Of a DNA stretch of 64,000 nt, positions 1 to 14,466 are shown piece by piece. Position numbers and translations under genes: made by a program. The stretch's first letter is position 1, and the number at the start of each line of letters is the position of its first letter. The stretch covers positions 310,001-374,000 of the forward strand of contig JAPDFW010000070.1 of the NCBI GenBank assembly GCA_028826165.1, in the 5' to 3' direction. Below the pieces are notes generated by a model. The model saw nothing but the letters and a program-made list of their open reading frames with translations, did no database searches and was not told the origin of the DNA. Source of the stretch: Anaeramoeba ignava BMAN. Lineage: Eukaryota; Protista; Anaeramoebae.

Positions 1-500
1 TTAATATTTAATATTTATTAAATATTTAATATTTATTATTTAATATTTAATATTTAATATTTAATATTTAATATTTAATATTTATTTAATATTTAATATT
101 TAATATTTAATATTTATTTAATATTTAATATTTATTTAATATTTAATATTTAATATTTAATATTTATTTAATATTTAATATTTAATATTTATTTAATATT
201 TAATATTTATTTATTTAATATTTATTATTTATTTAATATTTAATATTTAATATTTATTTAATATTTATTATTTAATATTTAATATTTAATATTTAATTAA
301 TATTTATTTAATATTTATTATTTAATATTTAATTAATATTTATTTAATTAATATTTAATATTTAATATTTATTATTTAATATTTATTATTTAATATTTAT
401 TTAATATTTAATATTTATTATTTAATATTTATTTAATATTTATTTAATATTTAATATTTATTTAATATTTATTTAATATTTAATATTTATTTAATATTTA
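1..500. repeat. (TTTAATA)n-type microsatellite filling an intron of the oxidoreductase gene
   Basis: Pure A/T degenerate 7-mer repeat downstream of the GT donor at 515 on the minus strand. Confidence 0.85.
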
Positions 501-515
501 ATATTCAAAACTAAC

Positions 516-1693
516 ATTCCAATTATTATCAAGTTGAGCAATAGTACATTTCTCAACTTGATCTTTCCCAGTAACACCAACAATTGTATGCTTTGTAAGA
601 ATAGGAACACCAAGTCTTCTTAACTTATCCTCATGAACCTTATATCCACCACAATGATCCAAAGCCTCAATAAGAGTAACTACTTCCATACCAGCTTGAA
701 TTGCATGATAACCAGCAATCAAACCAACATTTCCACCTCCAACAATTAATAAACGTTTTGAAGTTTTGACAAGGTCTCTGTTAACAAGAGTTTGAAAAGC
801 ACCAGCACCATAAACACCAGGAATAGTATTGCCAGGAAACGAAAGGAATTTCTCTCTTGCACCAGTAGCTACAAGAAGCCTTTTTGGTTTTACTAAATTA
901 TATTTTCCATTTTTAACAATCCCAACGTATTTATCCGAAAAAACGGCAACAGCAGTGGAATTCATTGCAACTTCGACAGAGGGATATTTCTTCACTTCTT
1001 TTGACAAGATCTCGCCAATCTTAAAGCCTCTTGTTCCGGCATAACACTCTTCACTTGATCCGAAGAATTTGTGAGTTTGCAGAACTAACTTCCCACCCAA
1101 TCTGTCTTTGTCATCAACAAGAAGTGTCTGAACGCCTTTCTGTCCGAGTTCACAAGCTGCAGAGAGACCAGAAGGTCCGCCGCCAATAATAAGTACATCC
1201 ACTTCAGACTTGGGGATTTTATCAAAATCGGGAGTGATTGGAATCTCCGGTAGAACATTTGCTGCATATCGTACAATCATGTGCTCCTTCAAAGCCGTCA
1301 TGCACGATTTCATTGGAATCCCGTTGCAAGTTACCATGCATTGAGAACACTGTCCGTTCGCGCAGAAAAGTCCTTGAGGTGATCCATCTTTGTGATGATA
1401 TCCAAAAATGTTCACCCCATTCGCAATAAGTGCTGAGGATAGCATTTCCCCTTCATAGCCGTATAAAGTCTGTCCGTTCCATTCAAATGAAACTTCTTTT
1501 CGTTTGGGTATCTTTAATATTGGATGCTCTGTTATTCTATTTGCTCCTGTGTTGATTAATTTCTATTGTAATTTTTTGTTTTTCTTTTAATTTTTTTTTT
1601 TTGCTTTTTTTTTTTTTAATTTAAATTTACTGATAAAAAACTGTTTGAAAGTTGTTTTTGTATTAAATTTTGTGTTGAAAATATCGATCTCAT
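516..1693 (-). CDS. 2Fe-2S (Fer2_4-like) + FAD/NAD(P)-dependent oxidoreductase fusion, sarcosine oxidase alpha / proline dehydrogenase alpha / HcnAB-like; 3' partial. Exons 1693-1631 and 1562-516, next intron runs off the window
   Basis: ATG at 1693 gives MRSIFSTQNLIQKQLSNSFLS; GT..AG intron 1630-1563; in frame into KLINTGANRITEHPIL. 2Fe-2S motif GLFCANGQCSQCMV...SC, Rossmann motifs GGGPSG and GGGNVG, ATGA motif. GTTAGT donor at 515. Confidence 0.85.
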
Positions 1694-1859
1694 AAATTTT
1701 TGTTTTTATTTTTTAATTAAAAAAAATTTAAATTAAATTAAACAATAAAATTTAAAAAGAAAAGAAAAATTTAAAAAAAACAAAAATTAAAAAAAAAAAA
1801 CAAAAATTAAAAAAAAATTTTTTTTAAATTATTAATTTTTATTTATTAATTACTAATCA

Positions 1860-4800
1860 TTATTTCAAATTAAAAATATAAATAATAAAAATAATTAAAA
1901 TAAACATTAATAATATAAATCAAATCTAAATTACATTTTAAATTAAATTATAAATCTAAAATTAATTAAAATTAATCAAAATATAAATAAAAAGTGGAAT
2001 AAAAATAATATAAATAAAATATAAATTATAAAAATAATTAAAATAAATATTAATAAAATAAATCAAATCAAAAATAATTTTAAATTAAATTATAAATCTA
2101 AAATTAATTAAAATTAATCAAAATCTAAATAAAAATTGGAATAAAAATAATATAAATAAAATATTAATTATAAAAATAATTAAAATAAACATTAATAAAA
2201 TAAATCAAATCAAAATATAATTTTAAATTAAATTATAAATCTAAAATTAATTAAAATTAATCAAAATCTAAATAAAAATTGGAATAAAAATAATATAAAT
2301 AAAATATTAATTATAAAAATAATTAAAATAAACATTAATAATATAAATCAAATCAAAATATAATTTTAAATTAAATTATAAATCTAAAATTAATTAAAAT
2401 TAATTAAAATTAAAATAAAAAGTGGAATAAAAATAAAATAAATAAAATATAAATAATAAAAATAATTAAAATAAATATTAATAATATAAATCAAATCAAA
2501 ATTACATTTTAAATTAAATTATAAATCTAAAATTAATTAAAATTAATTAAAATATAAATAAAAATTGGAATAAAAATAATATAAATAAAATATAAATTAT
2601 AAAAATAATTAAAATAAATATTAATAAAATAAATCAAATCAAAATATAATTTTAAATTAAATTATAAATCTAAAATTAATTAAAATTAATCAAAATATAA
2701 ATAAAAATTGGAATAAAAATAAAATAAATAAAATATAAATAATAAAAATAATTAAAATAAACATTAATAATATAAATCAAATCAAAATATAATTTTAAAT
2801 TAAATTATAAATCTAAAATTAATTAAAATTAATTAAAATTTAAATAAAAATTGGAATAAAAATAATCTAAATAAAATATAAATAATTAAAATAATTAAAA
2901 TAAATATTAATAATATAAATCAAATCAAAATATAATTTTAAATTAAATTATAAATCTAAAATTAATTAAAATTAATTAAATTATAAATAAAAATTGGAAT
3001 AAAAATAAAATAAATAAAATATTAATAATAAAAATAAATAAAATAAACATTAATAAAATAAATCAAATCTAAATATAATTTTAAATTAAATTATAAATCT
3101 AAAATTAATTAAATTTAATCAAAATATAAATAAAAAGTGGAATAAAAATAATATAAATAAAATATAAATAATAAAAATAATTAAAATAAACATTAATAAT
3201 ATAAATCAAATCAAAATATAATTTTAAATTAAATTATAAATCTAAAATTAATTAAAATTAATTAAAATTTAAATAAAAATTGGAATAAAAATAATATAAA
3301 TAAAATATTAATTATTAAAATAATTTTAATAAACATTAATAATATAAATCAAATCAAAATATAATTTTAAATTAAATTATAAATCTAAAATTAATTAAAA
3401 TTAATTAAAATTAATTAAAATATAAATAAAAAGTGGAATAAAAATAATCTAAATAAAATATAAATAATAAAAATAATTAAAATAAACATTAATAATATAA
3501 ATCAAATATAAATTACATTTTAAATTAAATTATAAATCTAAAATTAATTAAAATTAATTAAAATTTAAATAAAAATTGGAATAAAAATAATATAAATAAA
3601 ATATAAATAATAAAAATAATTTTAATAAATATTAATAATATAAATCAAATCAAAATATAATTTTAAATTAAATTATAAATCTAAAATTAATTAAATTTAA
3701 TTAAAATATAAATAAAAATTGGAATAAAAATAATCTAAATAAAAATATTAATAATAAAAATAATTAAAATAAACATTAATAATATAAATCAAATCAAAAT
3801 ATAATTTTAAATTAAATTATAAATCTAAAATTAATTAAAATTAATTAAAATATAAATAAAAAGTGGAATAAAAATAAAATAAATAAAATATAAATAATAA
3901 AAATAATTAAAATAAATATTAATAAAATAAATCAAATCAAAATATAATTTTAAATTAAATTATAAATCTAAAATTAATTAAAATTAATCAAAATATAAAT
4001 AAAAAGTGGAATAAAAATAATATAAATAAAATATTAATAATTAAAATAATATAAATAAATATTAATAATATAAATCAAATCAAAATATAATTTTAAATTA
4101 AATTATAAATCTAAAATTAATTAAATTTAATTAAAATTTAAATAAAAATTGGAATAAAAATAATATAAATAAAATATAAATAATTAAAAATAATATAAAT
4201 AAATATTAATAATATAAATCAAATATAAATATAATTTTAAATTAAATTATAAATCTAAAATTAATTAAATTTAATTAAATTATAAATAAAAATTTGAATA
4301 AAAATAATATAAATAAAATATTAATAATAAAAATAATTAAAATAAATATTAATAATATAAATCAAATCTAAATTACATTTTAAATTAAATTATAAATCTA
4401 AAATTAATTAAAATTAATTAAAATCTAAATAAAAATTGGAATAAAAATAATATAAATAAAATATAAATAATAAAAATAATTAAAATAAATATTAATAAAA
4501 TAAATCAAATCAAAATATAATTTTTAATTAAATTATAAATCTAAAATTAATTAAATTTAATTAAAATTATAAATAAAAATTGGAATAAAAATAATATAAA
4601 TAAAATATTAATAATAAAAATAATTTTAATAAACATTAATAAAATAAATCAAATCAAAATATAATTTTAAATTAAATTATAAATCTAAAATTAATTAAAA
4701 TTAATCAAAATATAAATAAAAAGTGGAATAAAAATAATATAAATAAAATATTAATAATAAAAATAATTAAAATAAACATTAATAAAATAAATCAAATAAA

Positions 4801-5715
4801 AATATAATTTTAAATTAAATTATAAATCTAAAATTAATTAAAATTAATTAAATTATAAATAAAAAATTGGAATAAAAATAATATAAATAAAATATAAATA
4901 ATTAAAAATAATTAAAATAAATATTAATAATATAAATCAAATATAAATTACATTTTTAATTAAATTATAAATCTAAAATTAATTAAAATTAATTAAATTA
5001 TAAATAAAAATTGGAATAAAAATAAAATAAATAAAATATTAATTATAAAAATAATTTTAATAAACATTAATAAAATAAATCAAATATAAATTACATTTTA
5101 AATTAAATTATAAATCTAAAATTAATTAAAATTAATCAAAATCTAAATAAAAAGTGGAATAAAAATAAAATAAATAAAATATTAATAATAAAAATAATTA
5201 AAATAAATATTAATAATATAAATCAAATCAAAATATAATTTTAAATTAAATTATAAATCTAAAATTAATTAAAATTAATTAAATTATAAATAAAAATTGG
5301 AATAAAAATAAAATAAATAAAATATAAATAATTAAAATAATTAAAATAAACATTAATAAAATAAATCAAATCAAAATATAATTTTAAATTAAATTATAAA
5401 TCTAAAATTAATTAAAATTAATTAAAATATAAATAAAAAAGTGGAATAAAAATAAAATAAATAAAATATTAATAATAAAAATAATTAAAATAAACATTAA
5501 TAATATAAATCAAATTAAAATATAATTTTAAATTAAATTATAAATCTAAAATTAATTAAAATTAATCAAAATCTAAATAAAAAAGTGGAATAAAAATAAT
5601 ATAAATAAAATATAAATAATTAAAATAATTAAAATAAACATTAATAAAATAAATCAAATTAAAATATAATTTTAAATTAAATTATAAATCTAAAATTAAT
5701 TAAAATTAATTAAAA
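1860..5715. repeat. AT-rich tandem satellite, ~143-bp unit, ~27 copies
   Basis: TTATAAATCTAAAA anchor recurs at 1948, 2090, 2233, 2376, 2519, 2662 and onward. Nearly all units carry AAAA(G/T)TGGAATAAAA. Confidence 0.95.
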
Positions 5716-6311
5716 AGAAAATGATCTTTTGTTAATTTTTTTTTTGTTAATTTTTTTTAATTTGAAATTTGTTTTTAATTGGAAAAAAACATTAAATAGA
5801 ATTAAAAATAAATTAAAAAATCTATTTTAAATTTAAAATGGAATTAATTTATTATACTTTCAAAAATACTGATATGTTTACACGTTGGAAAAAGAAAAAA
5901 AAATTTTCTCTTCTTAATTAAAAAATAAACAACAAAAAAGAGTTGATAAATTAAAAAAATTTTTTCAATAAAAATATTAGTTTGAATTTACTGGTTTAAT
6001 TTAAATTTATTAAAATTAATTTATTTAAATTTATAAATATCAAAAATAAAAAGATCGTTTTTTTCTTTTTTTTTCTTTTTAATAAAAAAAAAGCTTTTGT
6101 ATTAAAAATAAATAAAGTAATCTTTCTGAAATTGGAAATAAAATTGAAAAATAAAAAATTCAAAAAAACTGATAGATTTACACGTTTATTAAAAAACAAA
6201 AAAAAATTTTTAATAAAAAAAAAATAATTTAATTTCAAATTTTTATCTTTTTTACTTTTTTTCTTTTATTTTTTTGTTTGTTTGATACATTTCTTTTTTT
6301 TATCTTTATTA

Positions 6312-6875
6312 ATGATGATAATGTGGGATTTTTTTGGATTTGACCCTTTATCAAATGAAAACAGTAAACAAGAAAATCTTTCTTTTCAAAACGAGAAACA
6401 TTTAAACTTGGAAAATCCTTTCTTTCAAGATTTCCCAGAGTTTCAAGAAATGGAAGGAATGGAAGATGTGAAAAGAAGAAGAGTTTCCAAATCAAAAAAA
6501 GAGAAAATGAAACCAAAACCACAAAAAGATGATTCACATTTTGCAGAAATGGAAAGAAAGAAAAAACTCGAAAAAGCGAAACAAAAAAAAGTAATTGGAG
6601 ATTTTTTAATGAAAGGAATTAATAAATCAGAAAAGGTTTCAAGAGAAAATCCTTCTTTCGGTTCAATCATTTATCGTTATTTAAGATCCAATGTCAGAAA
6701 CAATTCTCAAAGAACAAATAAATTAACCAAATATTGTTTGAAACCAGACCAACAAATATCAGAAATAAGTAAAGGAAAATGTACAAATGAACTCGCAGAT
6801 TGGATTTGGGAACGAGAGTTTGTCCAAAAACCTGAAAAGCTTATTATTGAACAAAATGAAACAAAATTAATATAA
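6312..6875 (+). CDS. Hypothetical Lys/Glu-rich protein (~187 aa)
   Basis: Open frame with coding-like composition from ATG 6312; no domain recognised. Confidence 0.6.
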   Translation: MMIMWDFFGFDPLSNENSKQENLSFQNEKHLNLENPFFQDFPEFQEMEGMEDVKRRRVSKSKKEKMKPKPQKDDSHFAEMERKKKLEKAKQKKVIGDFLMKGINKSEKVSRENPSFGSIIYRYLRSNVRNNSQRTNKLTKYCLKPDQQISEISKGKCTNELADWIWEREFVQKPEKLIIEQNETKLI

Positions 6876-6930
6876 AAATTCCAAAAATTATTTTTTACAC
6901 TTTTTTTTTTCATTTTTTTTCTTTTTAAAA

Positions 6931-8678
6931 ATGAATGAAATTTTATTTTTTGGAAGAAATGAATTTCATTTAATTATCGAAAATAAAGAAGAAAAAATAA
7001 CAAAACCAATTCAATTTAAATTTGAAAATGAAAATGAAAATGAAAATGAAAAACAAATTAAACAAATTGCAGTTTGTCAATTTTCAATACTTTTCCTTTT
7101 TGAAAATGGAAAAGCAATAGAATATCAAAAAAATTCAAAACAAAATCCTCAAAAAATCGAAATTGAAAATATTCAAAAAATATTTACAAGTGGTTATGAA
7201 AATGAAGCTATTTTAACAAAAGAAGGAAATGCATTTACAAAAGGAGATGATATCAATCCAAATAATCCAAAAGAATTTATCAATATTTCATCATTAATTG
7301 AAGATAAAAATGATAGAATAATTGAAGATGTTGTTTGCGGGGAAAATTCAATTTACTTATTAACTTCAAATCAAAATGCTTATGGAATTGGTTCAAATGA
7401 ACAAGGTCAACTTGGTTTAGATTCTGAAACACTTAAAAAAACAGAAAAACCAATTTTAATGATGAAAAATGTTTCTAAAATATTTTCAGGAAATTCTTCT
7501 GAATATGTTTTTCTTTTAAATTCAAATCAAGAATTATTTGGATGCGGATATAATCATTATGGTCAAGTTGGATTAAGAGAATCAAGAAGAAAAGCGATAA
7601 TCCAAAAATTAACCAAAATCCAAAATATTCCAAAAGGCAAAATAATTGATATTCAATGTGGATGGTCAAATTCAGTAATGTTGATTGAAAATGAAAATGA
7701 AAATTCAAAAAGAAAACTTTATTCATGTGGTGCTTATCTGTATAATGGACTTAGCAAATATGAAAATACTTATGAATTTACTGAAATCAAATCATCTTTA
7801 TTTGAAAATGATAATATTCTTGAAATTTCATCTGGAAATGTTCATACTTTGATTTTAACTTCCAATTCAAAATTAATTGGATTTGGTCATAATTTTTGGG
7901 GTCAATTAGGAACTGTAAAGAATATCAATCAACTCCAATTCAAATTGAACTTCCTAAATTAAGATTTAATGAAGATATTTTCAATTATCATATTTCTTGT
8001 GGAGCTTGGAGTTCATTTCTTTATTATTCTCCTTCTTTTTCCAATCTTGAAGAAGATTTGATAAAATTATTTAGAAGAAAAGAATTTTGTGATATTTCAT
8101 TTAAAACAGAAAATGGAGAAATAATCAAAGCTCATAAATTAATATTGAAATATAGATTAAATCAAAATCAAAATCAAATTGAAAAACTTCAAGAAATTAT
8201 TTCAAAAAAATCAATTAAAGAATCAAATCAAATATTTGAAATGATTTATTCAAACAAAATAATAAATCCAAAATTATATTCTGAAATTAAAGAAATTATA
8301 AATTCAAATGAAAAAATTGAAGAAACAATGAAAAGAATTTATTTAAATGAAAATGAAAAAGATTTTATAATTGAAAGAAAAGAAAAACAATATAAATTTC
8401 CAAAATTAATATTAATAATGAGAAGTGAATTATATCGAGGAATGTTTTTATCTGTAACAAATGATACTTCTAATAAAGTTACAGATTATAGTGAATTAAG
8501 TAATAAATCATTTCAAATATTTGAATATTGGATTTATTCAAATCAAATTAAAGATGAAATTCAAATTACACAAGAAATAATTAATGAAATTGAAATTGGA
8601 ATTGATTATTTTCAATTAAATCAAACAAATCCAAATTTATTTGATTTATTAATTAACAAATTTAATAATCAAAATTAA
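6931..8678 (+). CDS. RCC1-repeat + tandem BTB protein, copy 1 (frameshift ~7916)
   Basis: RCC1 motifs GxNxxGQLG and xxCGxxHT-like; BTB1 (EFCDISF..AHKLIL) and BTB2 (DFII..FPKLILIMRSELYRGMF). 4 nt shorter than copy 2 at ~7916. Confidence 0.85.
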
Positions 8679-8779
8679 AATTAAAATTAAAATTAAAATT
8701 AAAATTAAAATTAAAATTAAAATTAAAATTAAAATTAAAATTAAAATTTTTCATTTTTTTCATTTTTTTCTTTTCAAAA

Positions 8780-10527
8780 ATGAATGAAATTATATTTTTT
8801 GGTTTCAATGAAGAACCAATTCTTATCAAAAATAAAGCAGATAAAATAACAAAACCAATTCAATTTAAATTTGAAAATGAAAATGAAAATGAAAATGAAA
8901 AACAAATTAAACAAATTTCAACAGCAGATTATTCAACAATTTTCCTTTTCAAAAATGGAAAAGCAATAGAATATTTAAGAGATTCAAATCAAAATCCATC
9001 AAAAATACAAATTGAAAATATTCAAAAAGTAACTGTTGGTTCTGGAAATAAAGCTATTTTAACAATAGAAGGAAATGTATTTGCCAAAGGAAATATATAT
9101 TAATCCAAAAAATCCAAATGAATTTATCAATATTTCATCATTAATTGAAGATAAAAATGATAGAATAATTCAAGATGTTGTTTCTGGATATGGTTCAATT
9201 TACTTATTAACTTCAAATCAAAATGTTTATGGAATTGGTTCAAATGAATTTGGTCAACTTGGTTTTGATTCTGAAACACTTAAAAACAGAAAAACCAATT
9301 TTAATGATGAAAAATGTTTCTAAAATATTTTCAGGAACTTATTCAGATCATGTTTTTCTTTTAAATTCAAATCAAGAATTATTTGGATGCGGATATAATT
9401 ATTATGGTCAACTTGGATTAGGAGAATCAAGAAAAGAAACAATCAAAAAATTAACCAAAATCCAAAATATTCCAAAAGGCAAAATAATTGATATTCAATC
9501 TGGAGGATTTCATTCAATAATGTTGATTGAAGATGAAAATCAAAATCCAAAAAGAAAACTTTATTCATGTGGAGATTATCGATTTAATGGACTTTGCAAT
9601 GAATATGAAGATACTTATGAATTTACTGAAATAAAATCATCTTTATTTGAAAATGATAATATTCTTGATTTTTCTGTTGGAAATGCTCATACTTTGATTT
9701 TAACTTCTAATTCAAAATTGATAGTATTTGGATATAATAATGATGGACAATTAGGAACTGGAAATACAAATGATCAATCAATTCCAATTCAAATTGAACT
9801 TCCTAAATTAAGATTTAATGAAAATATTTCTAATTATCATATTTCTTGTGGATATTACAGATCATTTCTTTATTATTCTCCTTCTTTTTCCAATCTTGAA
9901 GAAGATTTGATAAAATTATTTGAAAGAAAAGAATTTTGTGATATTTCATTTAAAACCGAAAATGGAGAAATAATTGAAGCTCATAAATTAATATTGAAAT
10001 ATAGATTAAATCAAAATCAAAATGAAATTGAAAAACTTCAAGAAATTATTTCAAAAAAATCAATTAAAGAATCAAATCAAATATTTGAAATGATTTATTC
10101 AAACAGAATAATAAATCCAAAATTATATTCTGAAATTAAAGAAATTATAAATTCAAATGAAAAAATTGAAGAAACAATGAAAAGAATTTATTTAAATGAA
10201 AATGAAAAAGATTTTATAATTGAAAGAAAAGAAAAACAATATAAATTTCCAAAATTAATATTAATAATGAGAAGTGAATTATATCGAGGAATGTTTTTAT
10301 CTGTAACAAATGATACTTCTAATAAAGTTACAGATTATAGTGAATTAAGTAATAAATCATTTCAAATATTTGAATATTGGATTTATTCAAATCAAATTAA
10401 AGATGAAATTCAAATTACACAAGAAATAATTAATGAAATTGAAATTGGAATTGATTATTTTCAATTAAATCAAACAAATCCAAATTTATTTGATTTATTA
10501 ATTAACAAATTTAATAATCAAAATTAA
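8780..10527 (+). CDS. RCC1-BTB-BTB copy 2 (frameshifts ~9096 and ~9283)
   Basis: Colinear with copy 1; +1 at ~9096 and -2 in an A-run at ~9283. Confidence 0.85.
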
Positions 10528-10698
10528 AATTAAAATTAAAATTAAAAATTAAAATTAAAATTAAAATTAAAATCAAAATTAAAATTAAAATTAAAATTAA
10601 AATTAAAATTAAAATTAAAATTAAAATTAAAATTAAAATTAAAATTAAAATTAAAATTAAAATTCAAAAATTATTTTTTCATTTTTTTCTTTTCAAAA

Positions 10699-12387
10699 AT
10701 GAATGAAATTTTATTTTTTGGTTCAAATTAAAAATGAACCAAATAAAATAACAAAACCAATTCAAATTAAATTTAAATTTGAAAATGAAAATGAAAATGA
10801 AAATGAAAACGAAAATGAAAATGAAAAACAAATTAAACAAATTTTAACAAATTATTTTTCAACAATTTTCCTTTTTGAAAATGGAAAAGCAATAGAATAT
10901 TTAAATGAAAATCCTTCAAAAATCCAAATTGAAAATATTCAAAAAGTATCTGTTAGCAACTGGGATGCAGCTATTTTAACAATAGAAGGAAATGTATTTG
11001 CAAAAGGAAAAGATATTAATCCAAAAAATCCAAATGAATTTATCAATATTTCATCATTAATTGAAGATACAAATGATAGAATAATTGAAGATATTGTTTC
11101 TGGAGCTAGTTCAATTTACTTATTAACTTCAAATCAAAATGCTTATGAAATTGTTTCAAATTATAGATCTCAATTTGATTTTGATACTAAAACATTTAAA
11201 GAAACAGAAAAACCAATTTTAATGATGAAAAATGTTTCTAAAATATTTTCAGGAACTTATTCAGCTCATGTTTTTCTTTTAAATTCAAATCAAGAATTAT
11301 TTGGATGCGGATATAATTATCATGGTCAACTTGGATTAGGAGAATCAAGAAGAAAAGCGACAATCAAAAAATTAACCAAAATCCAAAATATTCCAAAAGG
11401 CAAAATAATTGATATTCAATGTGGAAATTTACATTCAATAATGTTATAAAGAAAACTTTATTCATGTGGGAATTTACTGAAATCAAATCATCTTTATTTG
11501 AAGAAAATGATAATATTCTTGAAATTTATGTTGGTGATTATCATAATTTGATTTTAACATCCAATTCAAAATTAATAGCATTTGGAAATAATGAATTTGG
11601 TCAATTAGGAACTGGAAATACAAATAAACAATATTCTCCAATTCAAATTAAACTTCCTAAATTAAAATTTAATGAAAATATTTCTAATTATCATATTTCT
11701 TGTGGATATAGCAATTCATTTCTTTATTATTCTCCTTCTTTTTCCAATCTTGAAGAAGATTTGATAAAATTATTTAGAAGAAAAGAATTTTGTGATATTT
11801 CATTTAAAACAGAAAATGGAGAAATAATTGAAGCTCATAAATTAATATTGAAATATAGATTAAATCAAAATCAAAATCAAATTGAAAAACTTCAAGAAAT
11901 TATTTCAAAAAAATCAATTAAAGAATCAAATCAAATATTTGAAATGATTTATTCAAACAGAATAATAAATCCAAAATTATATTCTGAAATTAAAGAAATT
12001 ATAAATTCAAATGAAAAAATTGAAGAAACAATGAAAAGAATTTATTTAAATGAAAATGAAAATGAAAAAGATTTTATAATTGAAAGAAAAGAAAAACAAT
12101 ATAAATTTCCAAAATTAATATTAATAATGAGAAGTGAATTATATCGAGGAATGTTTTTATCTGTAACTGAAGATACTTCTAATAAAGTTACAGATTATAG
12201 TGAATTAAGTAATAAATCATTTCAAATATTTGAATATTGGATTTATTCAAATCAAATTAAAGATGAAATTCAAATTACACAAGAAATAATTGATGAAATT
12301 CAAATTGGAATTGATTATTTTCAATTAAATCAAACAAATCCAAATTTATTTGATTTATTAATTAACAAATTTAATAATCAAAATTAA
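10699..12387 (+). pseudogene. RCC1-BTB-BTB copy 3 (deletions ~10720, ~11446, ~11470)
   Basis: ATGAATGAAATT start at 10699 as in the other copies; several multi-nt deletions break the frame; BTB half intact. Confidence 0.75.
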
Positions 12388-12720
12388 AATCAAAATTAAA
12401 ATTAAAATCAAAATTAAAATTAAAATTAAAAATCAAAATTAAAATCAAAATTAAAATTAAAATTAAAATTAAAATTAAAATTAAAATTAAAATTAAAATT
12501 AAAATTAAAATTAAAATTAAAATTAAAATTAAAATTAAAATTAAAATTAAAATTAAAATTAAAATTAAAATTAAAATTAAAATTAAAATTAAAATTAAAA
12601 TTAAAATTAAAATTAAAATTAAAATTAAAATTAAAATTAAAATTAAAATTAAAATTAAAATCAAAATTAAAATTAAAATTAAAATTAAAATTAAAATTAA
12701 ATTAAATTTAAAATTAAAAA
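12385..12720 (+). repeat. (TTAAAA)n hexamer spacer between RCC1-BTB copies (also 8675-8745, 10525-10665, 14470-14835)
   Basis: Near-perfect TTAAAA arrays begin at each stop codon. Confidence 0.95.
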
Positions 12721-12757
12721 AATAAAATTTTCATTTTTCATTTTTTTCTTTTCAAAA

Positions 12758-14466
12758 ATGAATGAAATTATATTTTTGGAAGAAATAATAAAACCAATTC
12801 AATTTAAATTTGAAAATCAAAATGAAAATGAAAATGAAAAACAAATTAAACAAATTTCATCAGGTTATTCTGGGACATTTTTCCTTTTTGAAAATGGGAA
12901 ATTAATACAATATTTGAAATATTTAGATTCAAATAAAAATATACAAAAAATTGAAATCCAAATTGAAGAAAATATTCAAAAAGTATCTGCTGGTGACAAT
13001 AATCCAGCTATTTTAACAATAGAAGGAAATGTATTTGCCAAAGGAAATGATATTAATCCAAAAATCCAAATGAATTTATCAATATTTCATCATTAATTGA
13101 AGATACAAATGATAGAATAATTGAAGATGTTGTTTCTGGTTCTAGTTCAATTTACTTATTAACTTCAAATCAAAATGTTTATGGAATTGGTGATAATTAT
13201 GCTTGCCAACTTGGTTTTGATTATATCACATTTGAAAAAATAAAAAAACCAATTTTAATGATGAAAAATGTTTCTAAAATATTTTCAGGAAGTTCTTCTT
13301 ATTCAGTTTTTCTTTTAAATTCAAATCAAGAATTATTTGGATGTGGATATAATTACCATTCCAAACTTGGATTAGGAGAATCAAAAAAAGAAGAAACAAA
13401 AATTCAAAAATTAACCAAAATACAAAATATTCCAAAAGGTAAAATAATTGATATTCAATGTGGATTTACTTTTTCAGTAATGTTAATTGAAAATGAAAAT
13501 GAAAATGAAAATGAAAATCCAAAAAGAAAACTTTATTCATGTGGAGATTGCTGAAATTAAATCATCTTTATTTGAAAATGATGATAATATTCTTGATTTT
13601 TCTGTTGGAAATGCTCATAATTTGATTTTAACATCCAATTCAAAATTAATAGGATTTGGAGATAATGATTATGGTCAATTAGGAACTGGAAATACAAATA
13701 TTCAATATTCTCCAATTCAAATTGAACTTCCTAAATTAAGATTTAATGAAAATATTTTCAATTATCACGTTCTTTGCAGAAATGAAAAATCATTTCTTTA
13801 TTATTCTCCTCCTTCTTTTTCCAATCTTGAAGAAGATTTGATAAAATTATTTAGAAGAAAAGAATTTTGTGATATTTCATTTAAAACCAAAAATGGAGAA
13901 ATAATTGAAGCTCATAAATTAATATTGAAATATAGATTAAATCAAAATCAAAATGAAATTGAAAAACTTCAAGAAATTATTTCAAAAAAATCAATTAAAG
14001 AATCAAATCAAATATTTGAAATGATTTATTCAAACAATTCCAAAATAAATCCAAAATTATATTCTGAAATTAAAGAAATTATAAATTCAAATGAAAAAAT
14101 TGAAGAAACAATGAAAAGAATTTATTTAAATGAAAATGAAAATGAAAAAGATTTTATAATTGAAAGAAAAGAAAAACAATATAAATTTCCAAAATTAATA
14201 TTAATAATGAGAAGTGAATTATATCGAGGAATGTTTTTATCTGTAACTGAAGATAAATCAAATAAAGTTACAGATTATAGTGAATTAAGTAATAAATCAT
14301 TTCAAATATTTGAATATTGGATTTATTCAAATCAAATTAAAGATGAAATTCAAATTACACAAGAAATAATTAATGAAATTGAAATTGGAATTGATTATTT
14401 TCAATTAAATCAAACAAATCCAAATTTATTTGATTTATTAATTAACAAATTTAATAATCAAAATCA
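12758..14466 (+). pseudogene. RCC1-BTB-BTB copy 4 (deletions ~12785 and ~13550, -1 at ~13062, stop lost so the frame reads into TTAAAA repeats to 14872)
   Basis: Colinear with the other copies; CAAAAT-CTAAAA replaces CAAAAT-TAA at the stop position. Confidence 0.75.

Noticed and set aside
1860-5715. CRISPR-like array in the periodic repeats (also 25035-26470 and 48740-51975)
   Set aside because: Whole units are repeated with no unique spacers, there are no cas genes, and the context is eukaryotic.
12385-12720. TTAAAA arrays as degenerate telomeric TTAGGG or as retroposon tails
   Set aside because: No G-containing intermediates or target-site duplications, and the same hexamer occurs in introns in both orientations.
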